Source of the DNA: an uncultured Nitrospiraceae bacterium
GTDB lineage: Bacteria; Nitrospirota; Thermodesulfovibrionia; Thermodesulfovibrionales; Dissulfurispiraceae
Reading direction: 5' to 3'
Assembly (NCBI GenBank): GCA_963705105.1
Contig: CAVPIW010000009.1
Location: forward strand, 294,896 to 358,895
DNA: 64,000 nt
A program made the position numbers and the translations under genes. Shown piece after piece: positions 17,047 through 27,161 of this stretch. The notes beneath the pieces are model-generated. The model worked only from the letters and a program-made list of their open reading frames with translations. It searched no databases and was not told the origin of the DNA. How positions within the stretch are numbered: the stretch's first letter is position 1; every line of letters starts with the position of its first letter.

Positions 17047-20000
17047 CTACTGCACCCTGAACAGGCCCCAGCTTCCCTCGTATCCGTGCACCGGGCTCTG
17101 CATGCGGTACAGATAGTCTCCCGCAACCCCGAAGGGCCCGCCCGCCGGCACCACCGGGATGAAGTTCCAGTGCGACGCCGGACCGTAGCCTTCCTGGGAA
17201 CCAACCACCTGCGACTGCGGGTTGAGGCCGATCACCGCCGACTCTGCTCCTCCGAACGGAGTCTGGTGCGGTATCCGCTGCCACGGATGACCATGGATCA
17301 CCGGAACTGCAGACCTTTGGTTTCCGGTGGGTTCCACGAAGTAGAACCTGAAGTTCTGGCCCCTCGTCGCCCTGAAGATCGGCGTTTGCGGCTCTGCGTT
17401 CACCTGACGGTTGCTGTAAAGGGCTCCCGTCGGGAAAGACTGCTGACCGTTCGGACCATTAACCGGTGTGGAAGGGGCCATTCTCAGCCTGAACCAGTAA
17501 GGCTCGGACCGGTAGTTGACCGCCTTTATCCCGCTGTCCTCGGCGTCCTCAGGATAGCCGATTATGGGGTCGACAGGCTCCATGCCGGGGACGGACCTGA
17601 ACTGGAAACGCGGATCAGGATCGGGATTGGCGAACTTCATGTTCACCGCCGACTGCGTGACCGCCACGAATTCGCGGTAGCTCTGACCGCCCGCAACAGC
17701 ACAGTTCGCCTGCGCCCTCGTGCCTGCATCGGGTATGCATCTCGATCCCCTCGGCTCGATCATGAGTGCGCCGATAAGACCCTTCGACGCCTGCTCCAGC
17801 TTGTCTGCGGGGCTGAGACCCACGACGCCGAACTCGATCGGCCGCGGGATCAGGCTGACCAGAGGCGCACCTTCTGACGTCGTCCCGAGACGCTCCACCT
17901 GGAAATCGCCGGCGTACCAGCGGTATTTCACCGTCCCGCCGGGAGGCGCAGTCTGGACAGGGTTGCTGCCCACGTTCGTGCCGTCCTGGGTAAAGGTGTC
18001 AGCGGCCACCAATTGAGCATGGAGACCGACATGGCTGGACGGCACGATGTCGTTGGAGTTGAATGACGTCTTCCGCGCAGGCGCCGTGACCGGACAGCCT
18101 CCATTGGGACAGAGGTCGATGACCGGATCATAAGTCAGCGCAAGGCTGAAGAGATCGGGCACCACGTTCGGCAGCCTGTTCCTCAGAGTTACATCTATGC
18201 AGTCCCCTGCGTTCGCCCTCAGGATCAGGGGCTCAGGCCTGAGCGTCCCGTTGCGGAGGGCCGGCAGGTCCGTTGTCTGCACATAGAGGATCGCCGTCGG
18301 GTCGTGAAGCGGTCCCTGGCCCCCGGGGATAACCTGAGCGGGCTCGCCAGGCGCAGCAGGAATGATATTGTCCGGCACAACCGTCGTGCGGGCGTTGTAA
18401 ATGAGCGTCGAGACGCCGTTGACCCTCGTGGGCAAGGGGATATCGGCGGCCCGGATTGCCGTGACATCGTATCTCCTCACCGGTGCGTTCTCAGGACAGA
18501 CGCCGTCCTCGAATTCGTCGAAGTCCTCCTTGTTCACCACCTCGATGGGCCTGTTGCCCGCGATGCTGCCGGGCAGGGGGGCAAGGTTCGTCCTCAACTG
18601 GTTGTATGCCCTCATCAGGCCCCAGGTCCCAGTCCAAAGACCGGTACTCGACATGTTCGTGGAGTAAAGGAAATCGACCTGGCGCTGGGCCCCCTCGGAA
18701 ACGAGATCCCCCAGCACCGGGAAGTCGAACTGGAACTGCTCGGAAATGCCCATGGACTGGAAGTTCCGCCAGCCCGAGTTCGGATCGGCGTAATTCATGA
18801 GCCACTTGGCGCCGTGCAACGAGAAGTGGTGAGATTCCTCGGTGGCGCCTACCTGATACCTGATCTTGACCTTGTCGCCTTCGTAGACCCTCATCATGGG
18901 TGTTCCGGGGTCGAGGGGACCCACGTCCGCGGAGATCTGCGGGCAGGGAAGCTCAGGCCCTATGCCTGCCGGTGTCGGGTTCGGCAAAGGAGACAGCAGG
19001 CCGGCTACCACGAAGGGATCAAGACCGCCTGTACCTTCGCCGGGTTTGGCGATGCAGCTCGGGCACTGGATCGTTCTCCTCACGCAGGAGGGTATCTGAA
19101 TGTTGAGTTCGGGGTCAGCCCTCTGGATCGAGGCGAAGGCGAAGCCGAGATCACCGGGACGTCCCGCGGCCTGTGTCAGTCTTACGGGGTCGAAGATGCG
19201 GGCGCCGACAGGCTCGCTCCGATAATTCACGACAAAGGTACCGAGGTCTGCGCCGCCGATACCCATCGGACAGGGCCTTGGCACGCCGCCCGGGCAGATA
19301 TTCTCAAAGGCATAGCTGTGTACGAGATCTGCAGCTCTCGGGGTGGGGTGCACCGCATCGAGGAAGCTGACCGTACTGACACTGCCTCCCCAGCTCCTCT
19401 TGTAGGACTGCTGGAAGTCGCTGCTCTCGAAGTAGAACTCACGGAACGGGTCCTTGTTGAAGTGGCCCGAGTTGGCCGGCGGGATGATCTGGGCCTGCCA
19501 TGACGTCGGGCCGCCGTCGTTGGTGAGCACGTCCACGGGCCCCACGCGGGTTGCGAGGGGCGCGCCGGTCTCGTTGTGTCTCCACTGCGAGCGGGCCGGC
19601 TCTACGAGGATGGTCGCGTAGAGACCGAGCTGCTGGAAGGTGGAAGGACCGAGATGGTCATGAGTGAAAACGTTGCCGACACCCCGGTCGATGCCCTGGC
19701 TGTCGAACACTGGGTCGGCAAACCAGCGCTGGACCGTCGTCCTGGCGCCGCAGGTCTTGCCGGAGCAGCCCGCAACGCCGACCGTCTGGAAGGGCAGGTC
19801 CTGGTTCTCGAAGAACGGGTGCGTCTCCGCCGTAAGAGTCTGGCGGATGGGCGTTCCGTCAGGATTGTGCCCGACGATGAGGCCTTTGGCGCGATTGATC
19901 GCGATGATGCGCTCAGCCACCTCGCCGGGGCTCATCGTGCCGTCCTCATAGTTCCAGAGGTTCGCAGCGCCGTCAGCGGAGGACATGTCGAACTTCTCCA

Positions 20001-22842
20001 TATGTGTGTGCTGGGCGATGATGTCGGTGGGTGTCCTTACCTGGAAGTCGTCGAGTTCGAAGAAGTTCGGCACGAGGTTGCTGTGCCACGCCTGTGCGCA
20101 GTCCAGCGTGTTGAGCCGGAACACCATCGGCTCCGCCGGTTTCTTGCCCGAGTACAGGTCAGCCACGTCGCCCCAGAGGGCGACGATCCTCTGCTGCGGC
20201 ATGTGCCAGCCTTTCTTGTTCAGGACGACGTCGATCTGCATGGCCGTGATCTTATAGGGCCTCGGCTGGTCGCCGCCAAACTCAGCCGTCACAGGCAGCG
20301 TGAAGCCGGTGCATGCAGGGTTCGGGTTGTCGTCCCTCGCTATGGAGCATTCAGGACTATTCCAGATCGGTGTCGAGCCCGTATTGACGGGGTTGCCCAT
20401 GTTGTCCACGCAAGGGTCGGCATGAGGGGAGCCGGGTTGCGGCGGCAGGCCGTTGGTTATGAATCCGCCCCTGAAAGGCTTGCCGAGCGCATTAAGGGCC
20501 GCTGTGTCACAGACAGCGGCGAAACCGTCAGGGTAAAAGGTGTCGTGGCACCTGTTCTCGTGGAATGCGAAAGAAGCCAGCTCAGACGCGGAACCCGTCT
20601 CAGGGACGAGCTCAGCCTCGACGTGTTCGAGCTCCTTGTTGATATCGAATCTCGTGAGGGCCGAGATCGCCGTGCCGCCGGTGATTACGTGTCTCGGCAG
20701 CCCGCCGTCGTGGACAAGGTCAAGGGGCGGCGAGGGCGGCCGGTGTCCGGCGACGCCGGCGATGTAAAACGGAAAGCCGGGGTTCTTCTCCGGGTTGCCG
20801 ATCACAGGAACTGTCGTGTCAACGATAACCCTCCTCGGGTCGACAGGATCGACGAAAGACGGCTGCGGCATCGGCGCCATCGGGAACATCGGGATCGGGA
20901 CGACGCCGGGCACGGGTGTGCCGGTGCAGAGACCGTCGAAGTTGGGGTCCTCAAGACAGGTCCCCTGACCCGGGACAGCTGCCACCCTGACCTCGCCATC
21001 CGGATAGGCCCGCGAGCCCCTCGCCGGAGGAGCATCGCGCAGCGCCCAGGGCAAACGAACACCCTGTGCGTTCTTCCTCGGGTTCAGAACGGTGCCCTCG
21101 GCGAAGACGTCGAGCATCCTCAGCGATGACCACATGCCCTGAGCGAAGTGAGGATAGAAGTGGCAGTGGTAGATCGCGTCGCCGGGGCTGGCGTTGCGGT
21201 TGCCGACGCCCTCATTCACGATGTCAAAAGTGTAGGCGCTGCCAGGCCCGATCTGCTGCATATCCATGTAGTTGGCCTTGTCGCTTTTGGGCGAGAAGAC
21301 CCACTGGTTCCCATGCAGATGGAAGATGTGGTGCTCGAAGGGACCTGCATGGATATTTCTGAACTTGAAGTGGTCACGGATGTAGGCGTGGTGCACCGTG
21401 GAAGGATCATCGGGGAATATGGCAGCCGTCGCCTTCGGCCCGGGGGTGAGATCGCAGGCGATCGGTGACGCTCCCTCACGGGCGCCTGTCTCGGGCGTGA
21501 TGGCAGGGCTCACCGCGACGCCGCCCACCAGCGGCCGGTTGTTCTGCACGCAGCCGTTGGCAGGCAGATCCACCCACATGCCGGGATCGCCCACCGCCCA
21601 GGAGGTGAGGAAGAACTCCTCAGCCTTGCACTCGGGGCAGTCCCACATGGGACCGACGCCGAGCCTGTTGGCGATGATCTCGGGACCGATGGCGCCACTG
21701 GCGTAGTTGATCACGAAGCCGTCCTTCGTAATCGCAAGGGTGTGCTTCAGTACCGGGTTCGTAAAGAAAAACGGGAAGGACTGGACGTTAAAGTGCTCAT
21801 CACCAAACACCGAGGCGCTGTCCCTGAAAGGAAGGTCCTGTCTCGGGTTCGTCGCTGTCGACGGGTAGGTTGAGCCTGCGACGAACTTCCCCTTGTTCGG
21901 GCCTGTGATGACCGCATTGACATCACTGTGCACAAGTTCGACAGTAGTGCCCTGCTTCACGCAGACACCGGCCGATGCCGCAGCCGGCGTGCAGAGCATG
22001 CTCAGCACCGGCAGGTTGGCCTTGTTCTCGCTGATGAAGGGCTGCTGGTTGGGATAGCTGGCGTCGTAGTTGATGATCGGGTGTCCGTCCGGGGCGGTGC
22101 CGGAAGTCGCCAGGGTCATGTCCTCATTCGTCACGTGGCTCCGGTAGTACTCAGCCGCAGCCCCCGCATTCCCGGGGATGCCCGGCTCGACGATCACCAC
22201 GCCGTACAGGCCGAAGGTGAGAGTACCGCCTGCGCCTTCGGCGCCCGTCGTGGCGCCCATGTTCGTGATCATATACACGTTTTCGTCAATCGCGTAATAG
22301 GTGTATGTCCTTCTTCCGCCCGGCGCGACGAGGCTCGAACCGTTCTGCCCGACAAAGGAGCCGTCGCTCGAGATGCCTCCGACAAGCGGCAGGCCCGTGA
22401 CGTGGGCCGATGCCTCCCGCGTGACCGGCTGCTCGTTCGGGTCGATCGGCGCAGCCCTCAGAAGGTTCCTGAAGTTGATCTGGAGACAGTCGCCCTTGCT
22501 CACGCGGAGCGAGATGGGACGGGGCCTCTTGTCGGGCCGCAGCACCACCTGTCCGGGCTGGCAATTCACCCCGGACTTATTGCAGGGCTGTCCGATGAAC
22601 TCGCCCTGGGCATTGAACGCGTTCGTATACACATCACGTTCGAGCGCGTAGATCATGCCCAAATTGTTGAGAGACCCGAGCCTGTTCAGGAAAAAGTTCT
22701 GATCCAGGGCTACTACGTTGGCAATGACCGTTCGGGTGCAGGTCTGGGCATTTGCTCCGTCCGGCACTGCCAGACCGGCCAGAAGCCCTAAGACCAGCAG
22801 GACCGTGGTCACCGTCGACCATCTTGTGATTTGGTCTTTCAT
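17047..22842 (-). CDS. Very large multicopper oxidase, MnxG-like (copy 2)
   Basis: 1931 aa; signal peptide; HIFHLH, YHCHFYPHFAQGM, QHTH, THDH; colinear with copy 1. Confidence 0.85.
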   Translation of the reverse strand: MKDQITRWSTVTTVLLVLGLLAGLAVPDGANAQTCTRTVIANVVALDQNFFLNRLGSLNNLGMIYALERDVYTNAFNAQGEFIGQPCNKSGVNCQPGQVVLRPDKRPRPISLRVSKGDCLQINFRNLLRAAPIDPNEQPVTREASAHVTGLPLVGGISSDGSFVGQNGSSLVAPGGRRTYTYYAIDENVYMITNMGATTGAEGAGGTLTFGLYGVVIVEPGIPGNAGAAAEYYRSHVTNEDMTLATSGTAPDGHPIINYDASYPNQQPFISENKANLPVLSMLCTPAAASAGVCVKQGTTVELVHSDVNAVITGPNKGKFVAGSTYPSTATNPRQDLPFRDSASVFGDEHFNVQSFPFFFTNPVLKHTLAITKDGFVINYASGAIGPEIIANRLGVGPMWDCPECKAEEFFLTSWAVGDPGMWVDLPANGCVQNNRPLVGGVAVSPAITPETGAREGASPIACDLTPGPKATAAIFPDDPSTVHHAYIRDHFKFRNIHAGPFEHHIFHLHGNQWVFSPKSDKANYMDMQQIGPGSAYTFDIVNEGVGNRNASPGDAIYHCHFYPHFAQGMWSSLRMLDVFAEGTVLNPRKNAQGVRLPWALRDAPPARGSRAYPDGEVRVAAVPGQGTCLEDPNFDGLCTGTPVPGVVPIPMFPMAPMPQPSFVDPVDPRRVIVDTTVPVIGNPEKNPGFPFYIAGVAGHRPPSPPLDLVHDGGLPRHVITGGTAISALTRFDINKELEHVEAELVPETGSASELASFAFHENRCHDTFYPDGFAAVCDTAALNALGKPFRGGFITNGLPPQPGSPHADPCVDNMGNPVNTGSTPIWNSPECSIARDDNPNPACTGFTLPVTAEFGGDQPRPYKITAMQIDVVLNKKGWHMPQQRIVALWGDVADLYSGKKPAEPMVFRLNTLDCAQAWHSNLVPNFFELDDFQVRTPTDIIAQHTHMEKFDMSSADGAANLWNYEDGTMSPGEVAERIIAINRAKGLIVGHNPDGTPIRQTLTAETHPFFENQDLPFQTVGVAGCSGKTCGARTTVQRWFADPVFDSQGIDRGVGNVFTHDHLGPSTFQQLGLYATILVEPARSQWRHNETGAPLATRVGPVDVLTNDGGPTSWQAQIIPPANSGHFNKDPFREFYFESSDFQQSYKRSWGGSVSTVSFLDAVHPTPRAADLVHSYAFENICPGGVPRPCPMGIGGADLGTFVVNYRSEPVGARIFDPVRLTQAAGRPGDLGFAFASIQRADPELNIQIPSCVRRTIQCPSCIAKPGEGTGGLDPFVVAGLLSPLPNPTPAGIGPELPCPQISADVGPLDPGTPMMRVYEGDKVKIRYQVGATEESHHFSLHGAKWLMNYADPNSGWRNFQSMGISEQFQFDFPVLGDLVSEGAQRQVDFLYSTNMSSTGLWTGTWGLMRAYNQLRTNLAPLPGSIAGNRPIEVVNKEDFDEFEDGVCPENAPVRRYDVTAIRAADIPLPTRVNGVSTLIYNARTTVVPDNIIPAAPGEPAQVIPGGQGPLHDPTAILYVQTTDLPALRNGTLRPEPLILRANAGDCIDVTLRNRLPNVVPDLFSLALTYDPVIDLCPNGGCPVTAPARKTSFNSNDIVPSSHVGLHAQLVAADTFTQDGTNVGSNPVQTAPPGGTVKYRWYAGDFQVERLGTTSEGAPLVSLIPRPIEFGVVGLSPADKLEQASKGLIGALMIEPRGSRCIPDAGTRAQANCAVAGGQSYREFVAVTQSAVNMKFANPDPDPRFQFRSVPGMEPVDPIIGYPEDAEDSGIKAVNYRSEPYWFRLRMAPSTPVNGPNGQQSFPTGALYSNRQVNAEPQTPIFRATRGQNFRFYFVEPTGNQRSAVPVIHGHPWQRIPHQTPFGGAESAVIGLNPQSQVVGSQEGYGPASHWNFIPVVPAGGPFGVAGDYLYRMQSPVHGYEGSWGLFRVQ

Positions 22843-22903
22843 GACAATCCTCCTCTCTTCATCTGACTTTTAGTATGGATATTCATTCACCGACATTTCA
22901 TAA

Positions 22904-22919
22904 GGCAAACCAAATGCCA
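22904..22919 (-). promoter_or_regulatory. sigma54 -24/-12 promoter of MCO copy 2
   Basis: Minus strand TGGCATTTGGTTTGCC; leader GTATGGATATTCATTC shared with copy 1. Confidence 0.8.
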
Positions 22920-23079
22920 TTGCCCGACCCACGGAAACACCTCTTGTCACTCGCCGGAGGATTGTCTTGAAAATGACTTTCGATTAAAGAAAGATATCAA
23001 CGACTTTGCGGGAGAGAACTGACACGCTTGAGGAAGCCGGAGAGAGGCATTATCAGTCTTCAGAGAGGGAGAGGTTTAT

Positions 23080-23157
23080 CCTGCCTGTCACGCGCCACTG
23101 TCCTGATTGTCTGCCATTCTGTCATGCCCCTCTCATATCCCGGCGCGGCAGGGAGAC
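23080..23157. promoter_or_regulatory. Putative upstream activator block
   Basis: Conserved with 14712-14790. Confidence 0.6.
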
Positions 23158-23195
23158 AACAGTGTGAGTGTCAGTGTAAGTGGTGGAAGACTGCG

Positions 23196-24197
23196 TCAGT
23201 ACCCTTCCAGAATGAAGTCCGAAAAGACGATCTGGTATGTTGCGATGAGGGCATAGGCGGAGAAGAGGAGCACCGCCGTCAGCGCCAGCTTCCTCTGGAT
23301 CTGCGGCAGCGCCTGAGAAAGGCTCCCGATCTTCCTGAAGGGCATGATCATCCCGACTCCCATGCCGGACACCCCTCCTCCGAGCAGGGTGACATAGAGA
23401 AAATACCCCACATACCCGTACTCCTTCTGGAGGATGCAGAAGGGGCAATGGTGCGTCGGCAGCTCGTAGAAATAGAGACAGATGAAGGAGATGAGGGCCG
23501 CGATGGAGATGAAAAACGTGGCCGTGCTCAGAAGAGAAAAAAAGTAGACCCCCCTTCCCCGGAGATAGAAAACGGCCCCTGTCAGGACCGTCAGGGCCAT
23601 CGTCGTGTAGAAGGCGACCTTCATGGGTATCCTCGGCAGGGACGCAATGGACGACGATATCCCCTCACGATCCGTCGTGAAGAGGGCGCCGCAGCAGGAT
23701 GTGATGACATCCGGCTTGAGACTGAGGAAGTAGGCCGCCTGGAGCGCTGCCTCGGCGAGGACGAGAGGTGTGATCGCGATGAGAAGGATGTATTTTTTTC
23801 TGATGAGAGGGTAATCGAAGGCCCGGTTGTCGGTATGGTTGAGGATGAGCCAGAGTCCGGCAAGGAGGAAATTGACGCCTTTTATGATGATCGTCGGGTA
23901 CCCGAACTCGTTCACGTTCAGGGTGCCGGCGGCGCACATGGCGCCGACGAAGAGGCTGTGGATGGTGTCGGCGGTGAAGATGAAGAGGAAGAGCGAGAGG
24001 AGCTGAAACCCGAAGGCGTAGCTCATGACCGTCGAAATGAGGTAGGTCCTGCGCTCGAGGCCGAGCTGCAGCTCGCTGCCGCTCCTGATGTCCCAATGCC
24101 GGAGAATGCGGATGCCGTAGTAGGAAGAATAGAGGAGCATGAGGCCGGTGAGGAGAGAGCCCAGGAGAAGGGCGATGATGGCGGGATGAAAAATCAC
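23196..24197 (-). CDS. Polytopic membrane protein with Cys/His motifs
   Basis: Many hydrophobic segments; GAMCAAG, TSCCG, PTHHCPFC; start overlaps the ABC ATPase stop. Confidence 0.8.
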   Translation of the reverse strand: MIFHPAIIALLLGSLLTGLMLLYSSYYGIRILRHWDIRSGSELQLGLERRTYLISTVMSYAFGFQLLSLFLFIFTADTIHSLFVGAMCAAGTLNVNEFGYPTIIIKGVNFLLAGLWLILNHTDNRAFDYPLIRKKYILLIAITPLVLAEAALQAAYFLSLKPDVITSCCGALFTTDREGISSSIASLPRIPMKVAFYTTMALTVLTGAVFYLRGRGVYFFSLLSTATFFISIAALISFICLYFYELPTHHCPFCILQKEYGYVGYFLYVTLLGGGVSGMGVGMIMPFRKIGSLSQALPQIQRKLALTAVLLFSAYALIATYQIVFSDFILEGY

Positions 24198-24880
24198 GGT
24201 GTCACCCCCGGATCGGTGATCCTGCCGTCTCTCATGGTCACCACGCGGTCGATGATATCGGCGTCATGAACGATCGGGTCGTGGCTGGCGATGATGACCG
24301 TCTTGCTCCGCTCCTTCAGGATCTTCATCGTTTCCATGAATTCGTGGGAGAGCTTCGTATCGAGGTGCGCCGTCGGCTCATCGGCGATGACGACGGCGGG
24401 ATCGTTGATGAGGGCCCGGGCGATGGCGACCCGCTGGGTCTCCCCACCCGAGAGCCACTCGACCTTCGACGAGGCCTTCGGGGCGAGGTCGAAGTGATCG
24501 AGCAGCGTCAGCGCCCTCTGCCGGAGAGCGCCGTAGCTTTCTCCTGTCGGATAGGACGGCAGCATGACATTCTCGACGGCGGTGAGCCCCCTGATGAGAT
24601 GGAACTGCTGGAAGATGAACCCGAAGGTCTTCCGCCTGATCTCGGTGAGGAACCGCTCGGGCAGGCTCGTGATCTCGCGGTCAAGGAGCATGATCCTGCC
24701 CGACGTGGGCCTCGCCATGCATCCCAGGATGCTCAGGACCGTCGTCTTGCCCGAGCCGCTCGGCCCCTTGAGCACGGTGATCCTTTCAGAGTCGATGACG
24801 AGATCGATCCCGTCGACGGCGACGAACTCGTTCGGCTTTCCCTGGTTGAAGACCTTCCGTATACCTGTGAGCTGGATCAT
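24194..24880 (-). CDS. ABC transporter ATP-binding protein (LolD/MacB-like)
   Basis: GPSGSGKT Walker A, LSGGE signature, IADEPT Walker B, SHD. Confidence 0.92.
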   Translation of the reverse strand: MIQLTGIRKVFNQGKPNEFVAVDGIDLVIDSERITVLKGPSGSGKTTVLSILGCMARPTSGRIMLLDREITSLPERFLTEIRRKTFGFIFQQFHLIRGLTAVENVMLPSYPTGESYGALRQRALTLLDHFDLAPKASSKVEWLSGGETQRVAIARALINDPAVVIADEPTAHLDTKLSHEFMETMKILKERSKTVIIASHDPIVHDADIIDRVVTMRDGRITDPGVTP

Positions 24881-25015
24881 TTCATTAGTGTAAGTGTGAG
24901 TGTGAGTTCGTGGATCATTTTTGTCCTTATAGTGTGAGTGTAAGTGTGAGTGTGAGTTCGCGGATCATTTTTGTCCTTATAGTGTGAGTGTGAGTTCGTG
25001 GATCATTTTTGTCCT
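24874..25015 (+). repeat. Tandem array of GGATCAT(TTTTGTCCTTAT)-(AGTGTG)n-AGTTCG units
   Basis: GGATCAT at 24874, 24912, 24962, 25000; unit lengths 38/50/38. Confidence 0.9.
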
Positions 25016-25392
25016 ATATGTTTCAATGATCGTATCAAACCGTGAAGCATCTTCGTTATTTCATCCGTCATATCCCGCAGGTGGTCATGTTCTTTTGTTG
25101 TCAAGAATCCCAGGTCTTTTGCCAAAAGCAAATGATACTTTAATTCGCCCGCCGATCCTCTGGCAATACCTCCAAAATGCTGATATTCTTTTCTGTTAGA
25201 CCTGTAACTTCCTTCCATCAGATTCGAGCCGATGGATGACGCCGCACGCCTCATCTGCGACACGAGATTGAATCTCTCATCGGCCGGAAAGGTCGTTGTC
25301 AGTTCATAAATCCTGATCGTCAAGCGATGAGCTTTCTTAAATACCCCCAAATCTTCAACGCTCTCAACACCAACAAAATCTTCTACACCCAT
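25003..25392 (-). CDS. Four helix bundle protein (23S rRNA IVS-protein / Avd-like family)
   Basis: EDLGVFKKAH..T..IY..T..FPADERFNLVSQMRRAASSIGSNLMEG..R...KEY.HF..IARGS..EL.Y.L.LAKDLGFL; AT-richer than neighbours; ATG at 25392 preferred over the repeat-derived start. Confidence 0.85.
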   Translation of the reverse strand: MGVEDFVGVESVEDLGVFKKAHRLTIRIYELTTTFPADERFNLVSQMRRAASSIGSNLMEGSYRSNRKEYQHFGGIARGSAGELKYHLLLAKDLGFLTTKEHDHLRDMTDEITKMLHGLIRSLKHIGQK

Positions 25393-25404
25393 TAGCCTAT
25401 TACT

Positions 25405-25680
25405 TTCACTCACACTGTCCTTATCACCTTTCACTCGCACTCGCACTCACACTCACACTGTCCTTATCACCTTTCACTCGCACTCACACTCTCACTCACA
25501 CTGTCTTCCCTTCTTCCTTCACTCGCACTCACACTCACACTCACACTGTCTTTCCTTCTTCCTTCACTCGCACTCACACTCACACTCACACTGTCTTTCC
25601 TTCTTCCTTCACTCGCACTCACACTCACACTCACACTGTCTTTCCTTCTTCCTTCACTCGCACTCACACTGTCTTTCTTC
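25405..25680 (-). repeat. Tandem array of about 7 GACAGTGTG(AGTGTG)nAGTGCGAGTGAA units
   Basis: Plus strand (CACACT)n-GTC units with spacers CTTATCACCT (x2) or TT(T/C)CCTTCTTCC (x4); 45-bp period in the middle. Confidence 0.9.
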
Positions 25681-26824
25681 ACCCTCTCATGACCGTGTCG
25701 GGATCGACCGTCGCCGCCCTCCAGGAGGGGACGATCGTCGCGACGGTATAGGGGACGACGATGAGAAAGAAAAGCGTCGACACCTGGTACGGGCTCAGGC
25801 GTGGAATGAGCCGGAACGGCGGATAGAGGACCGACCACCCCTTCAGGGCGGGGGCGAACAAAGATGCCGATGTGAAATAGATATGCGCATACGCGAGGGC
25901 GACACCGATGAAGAACGACGCCAGCGAGATGACCGCCCCCTCCCAGAATTTCATTTGGAGCACATCCGACGTCTCCCAACCCACGGCCTTGAGAATGCCG
26001 ATCTCCTTCTTCTCCTCAGCGCTCAGACCTGTGGCCTTGTCCCAGGCAAGAATGATGAATGCCATAACGGCGCAGGACAGCACGATGATGACCATTCCCC
26101 CTCTCCAGTCGAAAACCGCGTCATAGGTCCGCTGCATCTCTTCTTTTGTCAGAGGCCGCGTGTCGGGGAGGAGTTGGGTGATCTTCGCGGCGATTGTCGA
26201 CCTCTCCCTGATGTTTCTGACCTTGAGGGCGAGATCGGTGGCGTGTCCTTCCGGCAGGCCGAAGATGGTCACGAAATCATCCCTCGACAGGCGGATCATG
26301 CCGGCCGACAGGACTTCCGACTCCGCGGGGAAGACTTCCCTGATCCTGAGAGACTGAATCTTCCCGTCATGGGTCGTCACAGGCATCGTTCCGCCGACGG
26401 AGGAGACGAGGCTCCTCGCCACACCGCTGCCGATCGTCACCTCTCCCCTCTCATGGGGGAATCGGGGGTCGGCAACGAGAGTGTAATTGAACCCGCTCGC
26501 GGGATCGAAGTAATAACCCCAGAGCCGTTCCTCAACGGCGATGACGCCCCTGATCGCCCTGATCGTTTCCATATACCTGACGGGGATGAGATCGTGCCTT
26601 CCTGCAACGAGTCTCTGCACCACGATCTCCGGTGAGTCACGAAGAAGGAGTGCCGCTTCTTCCTTGACGGACTGGGTGAAGAAAACGACGGACGACAGTA
26701 TGAACACCACAAGCGTGTACACGACAAGAAGGGACAGGTTCTTCACCTTTCGCCGAAAGAGGGACGAGAGGGTGTAGTCGAGGATGTTCCGCTGCCTGCC
26801 GGCCCATTTCACCCTACCGGGCAC
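25679..26824 (-). CDS. ABC transporter permease (FtsX/LolE-like)
   Basis: N-terminal TM, periplasmic domain, EIGILKAVGW motif, C-terminal PSWRAATVDP. Confidence 0.88.
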   Translation of the reverse strand: MPGRVKWAGRQRNILDYTLSSLFRRKVKNLSLLVVYTLVVFILSSVVFFTQSVKEEAALLLRDSPEIVVQRLVAGRHDLIPVRYMETIRAIRGVIAVEERLWGYYFDPASGFNYTLVADPRFPHERGEVTIGSGVARSLVSSVGGTMPVTTHDGKIQSLRIREVFPAESEVLSAGMIRLSRDDFVTIFGLPEGHATDLALKVRNIRERSTIAAKITQLLPDTRPLTKEEMQRTYDAVFDWRGGMVIIVLSCAVMAFIILAWDKATGLSAEEKKEIGILKAVGWETSDVLQMKFWEGAVISLASFFIGVALAYAHIYFTSASLFAPALKGWSVLYPPFRLIPRLSPYQVSTLFFLIVVPYTVATIVPSWRAATVDPDTVMRG

Positions 26825-27161
26825 CTCCTTCCGGCTGTCCCGGCGAGGCCGGGGACAGGCCCCTCTTTAAATGAGGAGGAGGCGTCATGAGCGAGGCGGA
26901 AGGGAAATGCTCGAGTGCAAGGGGATGGTCCTGAAAAGGGGTATGAAGGTCCGCCATCGAGGGATGGCGAGTATAGCGGGCATCGGTGAAGATGCAGAGG
27001 TCCGTCAACCCATACCTCTTCACCATCCCGGCCTTTTCCCTGATGAGGGGGACCGCCGCTTCACGGGCGACATAGGCATGGATGAAGAGTCCGCAAAGCG
27101 CTGCAAATGCGACGGTTACCGCGGAGAGGCAGATCGTCGATTTCCGCATCGCCTCAGTCAA
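26814..27161 (-). CDS. Small membrane-anchored hypothetical protein
   Basis: N-terminal TM; LTDLCIFTDARYTRHP; overlaps both neighbouring genes. Confidence 0.7.
   Translation of the reverse strand: MTEAMRKSTICLSAVTVAFAALCGLFIHAYVAREAAVPLIREKAGMVKRYGLTDLCIFTDARYTRHPSMADLHTPFQDHPLALEHFPSASLMTPPPHLKRGLSPASPGQPEGGAR

Noticed and set aside
25003..25392. Diversity-generating retroelement (Avd-like gene plus duplicated target genes)
   Set aside because: No reverse transcriptase in the window, and differences between the FG-GAP-like paralogs are not adenine-specific.
25405..25680. CRISPR array
   Set aside because: The spacers are identical low-complexity sequence, not unique, and there are no cas genes in the window.
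25467..25979. ORF with SVSVSASEGRRKD repeats
   Set aside because: Translation of the DNA repeat array in an alternate frame of the permease.
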